Shown: positions 25,974 to 35,394, counted from the first letter of the stretch. The stretch is 64,000 nt of DNA from a virus (IMGVR_UViG_3300008952_000030:1-64000), one strand, 5' to 3'. Notes: a model not told the origin generated them from the sequence alone. Numbers and translations are program-made.

Positions 25974-27206
25974 TCACATATCTTTTTCTGGAATAGCGAT
26001 AACCCTCTCACTAGTTGTAAAATACGGGCGTTGAGCATAGTATTCCGTTGTAATCCACATCCTTTGAGATTTAGACGGCACCGGCTTGGGTGCCATCAAG
26101 TCAGTCAAAATGATATGTCCGTCATAACTTCTCTCGTTAACCCATCGGGTGGGAGCGTTAAAGCACGTTCCACCGCACGACACACGCTCCCATTTACGAT
26201 TCTCTCCCTTCTTCCAATCAAAGACTTTATCCTCGACGACGACTGTATCAAAGGGAACCACCGTAAACTCTGCAATCTCAGACAACTTATTCAACTCTGC
26301 AAAGAACGCAGACAGCATCTTGTTCGACACCGAACCCGATTGATCGATAGAGATTGCCACTCTAGCAACCCTATCTGACTTTTTTCCAGCATGGATATAC
26401 GGATAACGACGGTTAATGCGTCGGATGCTCGACTTCCTGCTTGACTTCTGAGAAGTCTTGATGAAGTACCTTAGCACCTTTCGCCAGTCTAGGGTACTCT
26501 TAATCCCCTTAAGAATCTCCTCTCTACAAGAGGCAGGGACAGAGCCCCAATTGTTAGACTTTGATGCTTCGTCGGCAGCCTTCTTGATGATATCCTTAAG
26601 ACGCTCTTTAGCAATCTCTCGCGACTCTTCCGATACCTCTCCCCAACCGCTGTGATCGTCGAAAGAGTCATACTCAGTGTCTCCCGGCTCTCCCGAACCT
26701 TCTCCAGAGCCTTCGCCGTCAGTAGGCTCGCCATCTGGATTGGACTTCTTTTTTGGCATCGGTGGCATATTCTTAAGATACCACTCTGCACTTTTGCCGG
26801 AAGGCAAATCAGCAAAAGGGGTATCAGGTACGCCTGGCTTGCAGCATCCCTCTGGCAAATTATGTAAATTGCTGTTAATAGCTAAGTCGGTGGCGATGTT
26901 CCAAAGCTTTGTCATCTTTTTATCGCCATCGACTTCGGGCATCCTATCAGTGACATGCAAAAATACAATGTGATAGAACTCATGCTTAAGTACATCTCTG
27001 CGTTCGTCATCGGTGAGCTTCGCGAAAAACTCAGGACTATACAGCATCTCGAACTGAGATGATTCGGGATTGACGCGGACTCCAGCAGTCGGGACACCAC
27101 TATGGGGACGCTTATCGACTCGACGCGAAATAGCCGCGAAGAAAGGCTCATCCATAAGGAGACGAGCCATGTGTAAATTCAAATCGAAGTGCTTTTTAGT
27201 TTCCAT
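25974..27206 (-). CDS. VWA-like domain protein with N-terminal HExxH metallopeptidase-like domain (DUF2201 type)
   Basis: LKHEFYH, WNIATDLAIN, DDHSGW, MIDAS IDQSGSV, GGTCF, LTD; start moved to METKK because promoter 27244-27272 occupies the extension. Confidence 0.88.
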   Translation of the reverse strand: METKKHFDLNLHMARLLMDEPFFAAISRRVDKRPHSGVPTAGVRVNPESSQFEMLYSPEFFAKLTDDERRDVLKHEFYHIVFLHVTDRMPEVDGDKKMTKLWNIATDLAINSNLHNLPEGCCKPGVPDTPFADLPSGKSAEWYLKNMPPMPKKKSNPDGEPTDGEGSGEGSGEPGDTEYDSFDDHSGWGEVSEESREIAKERLKDIIKKAADEASKSNNWGSVPASCREEILKGIKSTLDWRKVLRYFIKTSQKSSRKSSIRRINRRYPYIHAGKKSDRVARVAISIDQSGSVSNKMLSAFFAELNKLSEIAEFTVVPFDTVVVEDKVFDWKKGENRKWERVSCGGTCFNAPTRWVNERSYDGHIILTDLMAPKPVPSKSQRMWITTEYYAQRPYFTTSERVIAIPEKDM

Positions 27207-27282
27207 CTCGATTTCTCTCTCAGTTATTGTTTGATATATAAAAAGAATATCAGACTTTTTTTTAAATGTCAAGCAATTCTTT

Positions 27283-27504
27283 TTATCGTAGGGAAATTAC
27301 TCTATTGCCATCCTGCACATAGAAGCAACTAACGCCACTCTTTTTCTTTTTAGAGGTGACGCAGAGAATATCGTCTTTGAACGCCTGCTTCACTAGGAAG
27401 TCTCCACAACCCCCCTTGTCATTCAATTTGACATACGAGGGGTTAGTTCCTAAAGAACAACCCGTTGCGAACATCACGGCAAGTGCCAACGAAAGAACCT
27501 TCAT
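27283..27504 (-). CDS. Small Cys-containing lipoprotein
   Basis: MKVLSLALAVMFATGC lipobox. Confidence 0.6.
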   Translation of the reverse strand: MKVLSLALAVMFATGCSLGTNPSYVKLNDKGGCGDFLVKQAFKDDILCVTSKKKKSGVSCFYVQDGNRVISLR

Positions 27505-27505
27505 C

Positions 27506-28582
27506 TTAATTCCCCTTCTTTTCTTCCTGCTCTCCAGCAAGAATGGTAACAATGTAGTCACTAACAGACTTGCCATCAACCATTGCCTGGTGAAGCTTAA
27601 TCGTGTTATTAATCTCTCCTGAACCCAGAACAGTCCACAACTTCATCGCAACCTCAGAGGGGAGGTTCAAGAAATAGCGAGCGAGGTTGTCAACCTGTGC
27701 TTGTGGAAGCTCTTCGACAAAAGACTCTGCTGCATCAAACTTATCAATAAGCGCGGTGTGCTCATTGATTCCAAAGTCCTTTGTTCTGTCAATCTTTCCA
27801 TGCACGAGGATGTCCTCTACGGATACCTGCTTCTCGTAATTTGCAACAAAGTCATTAAACGCGACGGCAGCTTCGAATCCCACGAAAGCACTTGTGAGAG
27901 TGTACATCGCGGGAGAAGTTTCATCCGAATCGAGAATACCAGCCTCAGTGAGACAATCACTCAATCGCTCCCATGAGCGACGTGACGGGTAAACCTTATT
28001 AGGCTCATAGTCATCCTGGTGCTCAAGGTGGTTCCGATTGTGGTTAATAAAATCCCACACCATCCCATGTACCTTGCCCGTTGCCCACGTCAACCAGTCC
28101 TCTAACGTTGGCTCAATGTCAAACACTGTCCACCTGTCAAGCTCGGCTGGATCCATCTCGCCAACCTGATATTGCTCGCCATGCTCGCCGCCATTAACAG
28201 CAGCGAACACAAGAGTGTCAGGATGAAGAACGTGCCCGTTCAGCTTTCGGCTATCAGTCAGCTCAAAGATTCCTTGACGAACCTCAAGCGTTGCCCTGTC
28301 AACCTCATCGAGGAACAGGACTACAGGCTCATCACATGCCTGCTTGAACCAGTCTGGCGGATTGAACTGAGTACTGCTGTCCTCAATAGAGGGAAGCCCC
28401 ACCAAGTCGCCCTCTGTCATTTGTGACGCTCGTCGCTCGACGATGGGCATATTGATGCTGTCAGCGTACTGGTAGACGACGGTGGACTTGCCAATGCCGT
28501 GGCGTCCACGCAGAAGCACGGGCTTTCTTACAGCCGTTACGTGCTTGACAACCTCCGAAAAAGTCTTAAAATCAACTGCCAT
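27506..28582 (-). CDS. MoxR/dynein-related AAA+ ATPase
   Basis: Walker A GRHGIGKS, Walker B LFLDEVDR, AAVN, MDPAELDR, PSRRSW. Confidence 0.92.
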   Translation of the reverse strand: MAVDFKTFSEVVKHVTAVRKPVLLRGRHGIGKSTVVYQYADSINMPIVERRASQMTEGDLVGLPSIEDSSTQFNPPDWFKQACDEPVVLFLDEVDRATLEVRQGIFELTDSRKLNGHVLHPDTLVFAAVNGGEHGEQYQVGEMDPAELDRWTVFDIEPTLEDWLTWATGKVHGMVWDFINHNRNHLEHQDDYEPNKVYPSRRSWERLSDCLTEAGILDSDETSPAMYTLTSAFVGFEAAVAFNDFVANYEKQVSVEDILVHGKIDRTKDFGINEHTALIDKFDAAESFVEELPQAQVDNLARYFLNLPSEVAMKLWTVLGSGEINNTIKLHQAMVDGKSVSDYIVTILAGEQEEKKGN

Positions 28583-28683
28583 GATATTGTCTCCTAAAGT
28601 AATTAGCAGTTATTGGATTCGTTCGATGTGTTTATATCATCTCATAAAAAAAATAATTTGTCAAATTTAAATTTTATTTTTGT

Positions 28684-29250
28684 CTATTCTTGCTCTCTGC
28701 TTACTCGTACCAGGGCTTCCCTACCTCTTTTAGAGACGGCAGCGTCGGAATGTTGGCTTAATTGAATTGCCAACTTTAAATTGCAGTTAGGATGGTTCGC
28801 GATGTTCATGGGTAAAGCGGTACTGTAATAACTGTATAGCCCCCCGCTGGTATTAGCTAGTCTAGCCTTGTATCTAGAATATATATCTTCCAACACATCC
28901 GATGGAGTATTCTTGACAATTCCGCGACCCCATGTGCGAATAAAAAAGTGACTAATCCTCCAAGCTTCAAGCCTGGACTTACACGAGTTATAGATGTCTC
29001 GTATCGCCTCTTCGTTCTCGATAAGGAGAGCACTAACCATAGTGGCTTTCACTATGTTGGATCTACCTTCCAAGAGAATATCAATAGCCTCTTGACATAA
29101 AGATTCATTCTCTGCCAGATAGTATCTGGCTTGAATGTGTCCGTTCTCTGCTATCCACACTTGAATCTCATCATCTGAAAACTTATTCTTTGCTAAGTTG
29201 TTCACTTCGACGCGAGACATGCGCGGTAGATTCTGTATAAGTCGAGACAT
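28684..29250 (-). CDS. Hypothetical helical (leucine-rich-variant-like) protein
   Basis: LAEN, NTPSDVL and IANHPN repeats. Confidence 0.6.
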   Translation of the reverse strand: MSRLIQNLPRMSRVEVNNLAKNKFSDDEIQVWIAENGHIQARYYLAENESLCQEAIDILLEGRSNIVKATMVSALLIENEEAIRDIYNSCKSRLEAWRISHFFIRTWGRGIVKNTPSDVLEDIYSRYKARLANTSGGLYSYYSTALPMNIANHPNCNLKLAIQLSQHSDAAVSKRGREALVRVSREQE

Positions 29251-29457
29251 TTTAAATCTCCTCTATCTTCTCTTTAATACTCTCTATTGCTTCAACAATA
29301 TCTTCGCGAGTAAGCCCCCAAACCGATGCAGCTCGGGACTCAGCTTTTTTGATTTCTTCTTCCAGGATAAGAAAAATTTCCCCCTTTGTCAAGGGTTCTT
29401 TTTCTTTTTCTTTTTCTATTGCCGGGGTATCCGGGTGATTTTCAAAAGGATTGATTT

Positions 29458-30309
29458 TCACTTTTTCTCCCAATTATGCTTTAATTCATCTCGCGCCGTC
29501 CACTGGGGCGCTTTTCGCATCTTGTCCCACTCGGCGGCACCCCTGTCTGGAAAACGAAAATGCCAATGCAAAGTCTGATACCCCGTCAGGCTCAGGGGCT
29601 CAAGCCATCCATCGGGTGGGCATACAGACTGAGCCCAGCATTCAACACTGGCAATCAAAGGGGTGTCTTCAAGCTTCAATCCATGTACGTACTCTTCTCC
29701 AGAAAAATTTCCCGAGTAACCCCTAAGCAAAGGCGACACTGCTGACGGAATAATAGACGCCAAGTGTGTCATATTCAAAGAACTCCTGCCGCCGACTTTA
29801 GGCGGACGATGCCAAGCATTTGATTCATAGTCCTTCAAGGACGCCACACTAGCTATGCGAGTGTGGATAACATCCCGTGCATAGCTTCGCCTAACATTAT
29901 GTTGATTGTACAACACCCCATCGTCGATGCGATCCCAGCGGATATCCTCAATGACGTGAAGAATCGGATACCTTTTATCACAGTTATAATACGCACGTAC
30001 AAGGGCACCTATTCCAATACCGTTTTCCATCATAGAGTTGAGAACTCTTTTGCGAGCGAAAGCAGTGTCGGCAAGAACTGTCCTTTTATCGTCCTGCATA
30101 TCGCTACACTTGCGACGATTGTGTCCGGGTTGTTTGCAGTAGGAACACACTCTTTTTGAGACTGCGGCTTCTCTGCGTTGCTTCTCCCGTTGTATTTCCC
30201 GTGCGAGATATCCACCTTCTTCTGCTTTCTTCTTACGCGATGGGCAGCCAAGCCTGTTATGTCCTAGGACACCGCAATATCCACAATAAACCGTACCGCT
30301 GTATGACAT
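29458..30309 (-). CDS. Protein with two CCHC zinc knuckles
   Basis: CGYCGVLGHNRLGC and CSYCKQPGHNRRKC. Confidence 0.8.
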   Translation of the reverse strand: MSYSGTVYCGYCGVLGHNRLGCPSRKKKAEEGGYLAREIQREKQRREAAVSKRVCSYCKQPGHNRRKCSDMQDDKRTVLADTAFARKRVLNSMMENGIGIGALVRAYYNCDKRYPILHVIEDIRWDRIDDGVLYNQHNVRRSYARDVIHTRIASVASLKDYESNAWHRPPKVGGRSSLNMTHLASIIPSAVSPLLRGYSGNFSGEEYVHGLKLEDTPLIASVECWAQSVCPPDGWLEPLSLTGYQTLHWHFRFPDRGAAEWDKMRKAPQWTARDELKHNWEKK

Positions 30310-30379
30310 TTTCATTTCCCTGTCGTTATTGTTCTTACATATTAAATGATTTTTAAAAAAAGTCAAGTATTTTTTTATA

Positions 30380-30724
30380 TTACCAGTCCAAATAATCACT
30401 GAAATCGTCGGGTGGTATGAGAATTTTCCCTAACTTTTTTCCTTCTTTTTCATCGTACGACTCAATTATGCAAATCGTTTCGATAACCTCATCATGAGGA
30501 CTTCCACCTCGATAGACGCGCATCTTCGTACCGTCTTCCAGCGTAACATAGGGATCGCGCTTTTTCATGTACTCAACAAATTCTTTAGCGGTAAAGGTTT
30601 TTGAAGTGCTTCCCCTGGTAGAGTACCGATTTGCTTTTTTTCTTACTAAATGGAACTTTCCATTTTTTGCTCTCACATGCTGACGCTCGTTTTCGGATAC
30701 CAAATATGATATAGATATTATCAT
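30380..30724 (-). CDS. Hypothetical protein
   Basis: ORF overlapping the upstream gene by 4 nt. Confidence 0.55.
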   Translation of the reverse strand: MIISISYLVSENERQHVRAKNGKFHLVRKKANRYSTRGSTSKTFTAKEFVEYMKKRDPYVTLEDGTKMRVYRGGSPHDEVIETICIIESYDEKEGKKLGKILIPPDDFSDYLDW

Positions 30725-31383
30725 TTTTTGACGCCTCTCGCTCTCTTGATATCTGATTCATGCACGTAATATGACTTAGGAACTCCGACAGGCAATATTC
30801 TATATATCTTTGAGCCTTTAGCAGCACGATGGATTGGTTGTGCGTCACTCTCCAAGACTATTGCGTAATCAACCGAACTGCTCATATACCCACCGTTGTG
30901 AATGTTAGCCAGTACAGCATCAGAATTTACCTTATTGCCCTTCCTCACCTGAATGGCGGAACCTTCAGGATAAAGAGGTTCTGAAAAATGAGACTCTAAA
31001 ACCTTTTTCGCATACTTGTTTTCACAAATCTTCTTGTAAGTTTTTTCCGGCGGAATGTAATCTTTGGTTGTACAATAATCCGCCACGATAGAAGAGAAAT
31101 AACCTGTCGAAGAATAATACTGAACACAAACCTTAAACGCTTCCTGTAAATACTCGCTGCCCAAGTAAGAGACTTTCCACTCCTGTATCGAGTGCAATCG
31201 CTCTGGAGTGTTTTGCGCACACACCTCGCTTAAAACTCTTTCCTGGTTAGGAGTCAGAGAGTACTTCGATGTCTCAAGTTGGTTTAAGATGCTTTTCAGA
31301 AACCCTCGTTGCCAAGACGAAATGTTACACTCTGCCGTGTTCAACTCTAAGAGCGATTTAATTATCTCTTTTTGTTTTTTCAT
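30721..31383 (-). CDS. Hypothetical phage protein
   Basis: SSWQRGFLKSI...LTPNQ; promoter TTGACT-17-GATAAT at 31415-31443. Confidence 0.7.
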   Translation of the reverse strand: MKKQKEIIKSLLELNTAECNISSWQRGFLKSILNQLETSKYSLTPNQERVLSEVCAQNTPERLHSIQEWKVSYLGSEYLQEAFKVCVQYYSSTGYFSSIVADYCTTKDYIPPEKTYKKICENKYAKKVLESHFSEPLYPEGSAIQVRKGNKVNSDAVLANIHNGGYMSSSVDYAIVLESDAQPIHRAAKGSKIYRILPVGVPKSYYVHESDIKRARGVKK

Positions 31384-31456
31384 ACGAAAGTCTCTTCTTA
31401 TTGGAGGTGATATAATTATCACATAAATCTTAAGTTAAGTCAAGAAAAAAATAAAT

Positions 31457-31678
31457 TTATCGTGATGATATCAATACTAAGTCTTCCTCTCTCTGCCAAT
31501 ATGTGCGTTGGCTTGAGCCGACGGACAGATCACTGAAGAACACCAGGCACCTATCCTGTGGCTCGCCTGGGTATGCTGCTTCTTTTTTTAACACTATTCC
31601 ACGATGATACGCTTCTGGTAAGCCATGGTACCTTCTAGCTACCATGTCGCCGACTTTGAATTTATAGCTATCCGTCAT
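31457..31678 (-). CDS. FKVGDMV...LISSR family miniprotein
   Basis: Same N- and C-terminal pattern as the cassette proteins. Confidence 0.75.
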   Translation of the reverse strand: MTDSYKFKVGDMVARRYHGLPEAYHRGIVLKKEAAYPGEPQDRCLVFFSDLSVGSSQRTYWQREEDLVLISSR

Positions 31679-31815
31679 CCTCATCCCTCTGTCTTGCAAG
31701 CCAGTATTTCTCTTCTCTTAGCTTGCTAATCTTTTTGAGTCTTAAAGACTCAAAAATTTTGAGTCTTTTAATAATCTTTTGTTGTATTTTGGCTCTTTCC
31801 TGGTACTTCATTTAG

Positions 31816-32007
31816 TCACCGACTCTCACTGATTAACTCCAAATCGCTTTTCTTAGTAGTAGTTCTTGCGTTGTTGTCCTTACTCCACATAACAACCTTT
31901 CTTTCATCTGTGCCAGGGATGCATCGAATAACAATGCCATACCAATCCTTCCAGCAACTTGAAATAATCCCGTCTGGAGTGTATCGCACCAAATCACCGA
32001 CTTTCAC
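31816..32007 (-). CDS. Cassette miniprotein MKVGDLVRYTPDG...LELISESR (63 aa)
   Basis: GTG start inside the repeat. Confidence 0.85.
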   Translation of the reverse strand: MKVGDLVRYTPDGIISSCWKDWYGIVIRCIPGTDERKVVMWSKDNNARTTTKKSDLELISESR

Positions 32008-32182
32008 TGATAACCTCGTACTCTCTGATCCTATGGACCTCCACCTTCCTACCGGGGTATGCAACCCGGATGAACTCTTCAAAGCTGCCATAGTCAGGGA
32101 TACCAAGACACACAGCCACAGTTTCCTGATGGTGTGGATCGAGGCGACCCCAACGCTTCTGAACCAAATCACCGACTTTCAC
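31994..32182 (-). CDS. Cassette miniprotein MKVGDLVQKRW...YEVISESR (62 aa)
   Basis: ORF track; 14-nt overlaps on both sides. Confidence 0.85.
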   Translation of the reverse strand: MKVGDLVQKRWGRLDPHHQETVAVCLGIPDYGSFEEFIRVAYPGRKVEVHRIREYEVISESR

Positions 32183-32369
32183 TGATAACCTCTGCGCTCA
32201 TTTCTATCTGTCTACCTAATGCAATGTACCTACCATCTGTCATAACAAGCCAGTCATACTCATAAGAATCATCTCTTGGTAGTTTCTTAACTAAGGTGGC
32301 AACATAACTTTTCAAGTTAAAATGATTGTATGTGCCACGAGATAACCTTACCAAATCACCGACTTTCAC
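32169..32369 (-). CDS. Cassette miniprotein MKVGDLVRLSRG...AEVISESR (66 aa)
   Basis: GTG start inside the repeat. Confidence 0.85.
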   Translation of the reverse strand: MKVGDLVRLSRGTYNHFNLKSYVATLVKKLPRDDSYEYDWLVMTDGRYIALGRQIEMSAEVISESR

Positions 32370-32511
32370 TGATAACCTCCGTATCATCTCTATGAACTCG
32401 ATACTCTCCATCAGGAAAGAGAACATAAAACCCGAAAGGAATAACCTTAGTGATAATACCAAGTGTTAGCTGGGGTTGACTTACCTGTTTCACTAAATCA
32501 CCGACTTTCAT
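32356..32511 (-). CDS. Cassette miniprotein MKVGDLVKQVSQPQLTLGIITKVIPFGFYVLFPDGEYRVHRDDTEVISESR (51 aa, not in ORF track)
   Basis: Manual translation between two repeats. Confidence 0.85.
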   Translation of the reverse strand: MKVGDLVKQVSQPQLTLGIITKVIPFGFYVLFPDGEYRVHRDDTEVISESR

Positions 32512-32692
32512 TGAGAACCTCCAAAAACCTAATTCCGAACCTTGTATCTGTACCGTCTACTAGTACCTTCACCACTATAGAGGGGTGATGTGGATTTCTC
32601 GATGGCTCAACAAAACCAACCACCAGTCCACACTTCGATCCCCACCAAAAACAATCATCATCTGGCAGTTTTACTAAGTCGCCGACTTTCAC
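32498..32692 (-). CDS. Cassette miniprotein MKVGDLVKLPDD...LEVLNESR (64 aa)
   Basis: ORF track. Confidence 0.85.
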   Translation of the reverse strand: MKVGDLVKLPDDDCFWWGSKCGLVVGFVEPSRNPHHPSIVVKVLVDGTDTRFGIRFLEVLNESR

Positions 32693-32858
32693 TTAACACC
32701 TCGCAGCGATTTTCGACATAACCTCGATCGAGATAGTCTAACACGCCATTGTTTGCTAGAACACGATAGGCGTTGACGTCGCCATATTCGTCCTTATACA
32801 CAATGATGCCAAAGGCATCGTTGAACTCCTTGTCCACAATCAAATCACCGACTTTCAT
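32658..32858 (-). CDS. Cassette miniprotein MKVGDLIVDK...VLSESR+RLSKTAR (junction stop lost)
   Basis: TGA of the junction replaced by CGA, giving a short read-through. Confidence 0.8.
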   Translation of the reverse strand: MKVGDLIVDKEFNDAFGIIVYKDEYGDVNAYRVLANNGVLDYLDRGYVENRCEVLSESRRLSKTAR

Positions 32859-33057
32859 CTTTGCACTCCTCCCAGCAATTTTCTATCACGTAATAATGGC
32901 AATTTTTGCCGCATCCATTTGGATTTTTATTACAAAACATTTCGCTCTCCTGCTCGCAAGTCATAATTTTCTCATGACAAAGAGAGGCGCTTTCTTCCAC
33001 CGGGCAGCCGGCGAGAACGACACTGACAAGAACCAAAACAACAATCTTAAGCTTCAC
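32845..33057 (-). CDS. Cys-rich small lipoprotein ending in DESR (junction-linked)
   Basis: Lipobox LAGC, 8 Cys; the 3' end is a junction copy. Confidence 0.7.
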   Translation of the reverse strand: MKLKIVVLVLVSVVLAGCPVEESASLCHEKIMTCEQESEMFCNKNPNGCGKNCHYYVIENCWEECKDESR

Positions 33058-33217
33058 TTACAACCTCCATAACCTGTATCTGTATTGGCACCTCGACTCC
33101 GTACACGAACACCCAATCGTTTTCGAGTTCAACTCTTCTCACGATATAAATGCTATCCCCCAAATCGAAAAGCCGATTGACGGATTTAATGTACATAACC
33201 AAGTCGCCTGGTTTCAC
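33047..33217 (-). CDS. MKPGDLV...MEVVSEA miniprotein (56 aa, not in ORF track)
   Basis: Manual translation; its end GAGGTTGTAAGTGAAG supplies the SD and GTG of the next gene. Confidence 0.8.
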   Translation of the reverse strand: MKPGDLVMYIKSVNRLFDLGDSIYIVRRVELENDWVFVYGVEVPIQIQVMEVVSEA

Positions 33218-34667
33218 TATCTCAGCTCCCCACTGAGTACGCTCTGGCGCGTTATATAAAGAGAGTTTATTAAAGCAGTCGTTCCATCGTGCCTCAGTAC
33301 AGTCACGAACCCGGCATACATGCTTTGCCTTTTAATCACCAACACAGGCTTGTAATCATGCATAAAAAGCATGCCCGTGCGAATTTCACTCTCCGACACA
33401 TAACGCATGTCACTGAACCTCCAGCTTCCTAACCGTGTTGAGTCTTACCAACTTCTTAAACCCTACATACCTTGAGTCTGCGTCGTTCCTAGCGTGAACT
33501 ATGACAACAGGCACCATACCAACGAACTCCCCACCGTATCCGAACTCATCAAACGTCTCCACCGTGCGTGGTGAACCAGTAACGATAGCTCGAAATGCGC
33601 TACCGAGCGAAACGAAATCACCTTTTTTAATCATTTTCTTTCCCGCAATTTTGATTTGTTCCTAAGTCTAACAAAGTTTTTTCGAGTTGTCAAATATTTT
33701 TGACTGGAGAAACAAGCTTTAACCATTTCGATCGAACCATTACTTGCTCCGAAGTACCTAGCAGAAGCACACAACAACTATATTCCTCGTTGTGTAGCAT
33801 GTCCTCTGATAAATGTCCGTGAGCCGGCATTTCCAAATAGTGCGTTTCTTGAATGTAGTGTATTTTGTCGACAACTATGCCCGTTGACTCATTGTGAGGA
33901 AGCATAGGCGAGTCGAAACGAACCAAATCACCTACTTGAAAATGTCTTCTTTGCATGCTTGATATCAGATCTGACTAGTCTTGTTTTGTTTGCCTTATGT
34001 CCCGATTTACACCAAGTCACTCGGAAAAAAGCCGATGATTCATATACCAACCCTGTATCGTCTCTCTGTATATGAGAGAGCATCTTAAGCTTTTTGCCAG
34101 AAGCAGAGAGTGTCACCAAGTCGCCCACCTTCATGTGTTAACTCTTTTCAAGTTTGACAATAAGACTGGTTCTGGGCTTGTTCCCCCGGTATAGAGTACC
34201 CTACACACGCAGTCAGATCCTTCAAAGATAGCCTGAGCATCAACGCTGATGAGGATACCGTGTTTTCTGTTGCGGTGGAGAACTAAATCTCCAGCCTTTA
34301 AACTAATTAATTTTAACATTTTACTAATCTCCAAAATCTCTCATCTAAAACAAGTATCTGTCCCTTGTGTTCAAGCTTATAAGCTTTGCTACTCCTTCTA
34401 GTCAATACTCTTATTATTTCACCCTCGCCATAACAACAATCTGTATGACTATTAGTATCATATATTTTTACTTTATCGCCTTTTTTCAGCATGTATCAGC
34501 TCCGAATAAAATTCTAATGATTTTTTGCCAGTCGACGCCCACAAGACAGTGACATATGGCTGCTCAAAGCTGGTTCCCGACGACAAATGAACCTCGACAA
34601 TCAAACCAACCCTTGTTTTGTTGTGCCTGTATTGGACTAAGTCCCCTATTTCAAACTCATACAACAT
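33217..34667 (-). other. Run of seven further small xxGDxV-type ORFs (33217-33408, 33410-33634, 33690-33956, 33928-34134, 34131-34319, 34313-34492, 34473-34667)
   Basis: N-termini IRTGMLF, KKGDFV, QVGDLV, KVGDLV, KAGDLV, KKGDKV (manual ORF) and EIGDLV. Confidence 0.7.
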
Positions 34668-34681
34668 AGCGAACACCATTG

Positions 34682-34754
34682 AGCTGACGGAGAGACTCGA
34701 ACTCTCAACCTGCTGATTACAAATCAGCTGCTCTGCCAATTGAGCTACGTCAGC
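34682..34754 (-). tRNA. tRNA-Thr (UGU)
   Basis: GCTGACG...GCTGA TTTGTAA TCAGC...GTTCGAGT...CGTCAGCT. Confidence 0.95.
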
Positions 34755-34757
34755 ATG

Positions 34758-34834
<77 letters not shown>

Positions 34835-34843
34835 TTAACTGTA

Positions 34844-35065
34844 TCATACCATCCCTTGCACCATAGTTAAAGTATCTTTCATGAAAGTACACACTTGCCC
34901 TGTTTCATTAATGAGAACAAGTGCGCGGCTATCCTTTCTCCCGTATGCATTTTCAAGCCTCAAGAGGACACCCACCTTCCCTTCCCATCCATAGTACCCA
35001 TCCTCCAGCGGATAGTCTCTCCAGCTATTGGGAATGGGGGCCCTGACTAGATCACCAACCTGCAT
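34844..35065 (-). CDS. MQVGDLV family miniprotein
   Basis: Under promoter TTGACA-17-TAGAAT (35089-35117). Confidence 0.75.
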   Translation of the reverse strand: MQVGDLVRAPIPNSWRDYPLEDGYYGWEGKVGVLLRLENAYGRKDSRALVLINETGQVCTFMKDTLTMVQGMV

Positions 35066-35199
35066 TGACTTGCTCCATCTTTTTTAACATTCTATATTAG
35101 TTTTTTTAAATTGTCAAGATTATTTTTGCGAACCACGTAATAATTCACTAACCAACATCAAGGCTACTAGTGTCAAAAGATAGGATGTAAGGAACTCTG

Positions 35200-35394
35200 T
35201 CACGTCTTCTTCCTCAGTATGCGCCAGCGGCGGCATGGATACCACCGTCTATATCCACAATTATCTACTACGAGAATATCTTTAAGACTCATGTTGACAT
35301 CCACAATTATCCCGTACTGCAACAATTCTGGTTCCGCCATCGAAGAATCCAAAATATATGTAACCACTAGATCACCGACTTCATACTCTTCCAT
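35200..35394 (-). CDS. EVGDLV family miniprotein
   Basis: Start moved to MEEYEVGDLV. Confidence 0.7.
   Translation of the reverse strand: MEEYEVGDLVVTYILDSSMAEPELLQYGIIVDVNMSLKDILVVDNCGYRRWYPCRRWRILRKKT

Larger units (their letters stand above)
31816..32858 (-). repeat. Array of 7 junction repeats (consensus GAGGTTATCAGTGAAAGTCGGTGATTTGGT) spaced about 140-190 bp apart
   Basis: Identical 30-mers at 31988-32017, 32163-32192 and 32350-32379; variants at 31816-31832, 32492-32521, 32673-32702 and 32841-32858. Confidence 0.92.

Noticed and set aside
31732-31768. Nested TTTTGAGTCTT inverted/direct repeats as a recombinase site
   Set aside because: They lie within a plausible 47-aa ORF (31668..31811) and are not found at the second array, so the idea is unsupported.
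31816-32858. CRISPR array
   Set aside because: The inter-repeat segments are over 110 bp and fully coding, the repeat is not palindromic, and no cas genes are present in the window.
24646-34667. Diversity-generating retroelement or integron as the source of variation
   Set aside because: No reverse transcriptase, no template/variable repeat pair with A-specific differences, no attC-like hairpins and no tyrosine integrase seen here.
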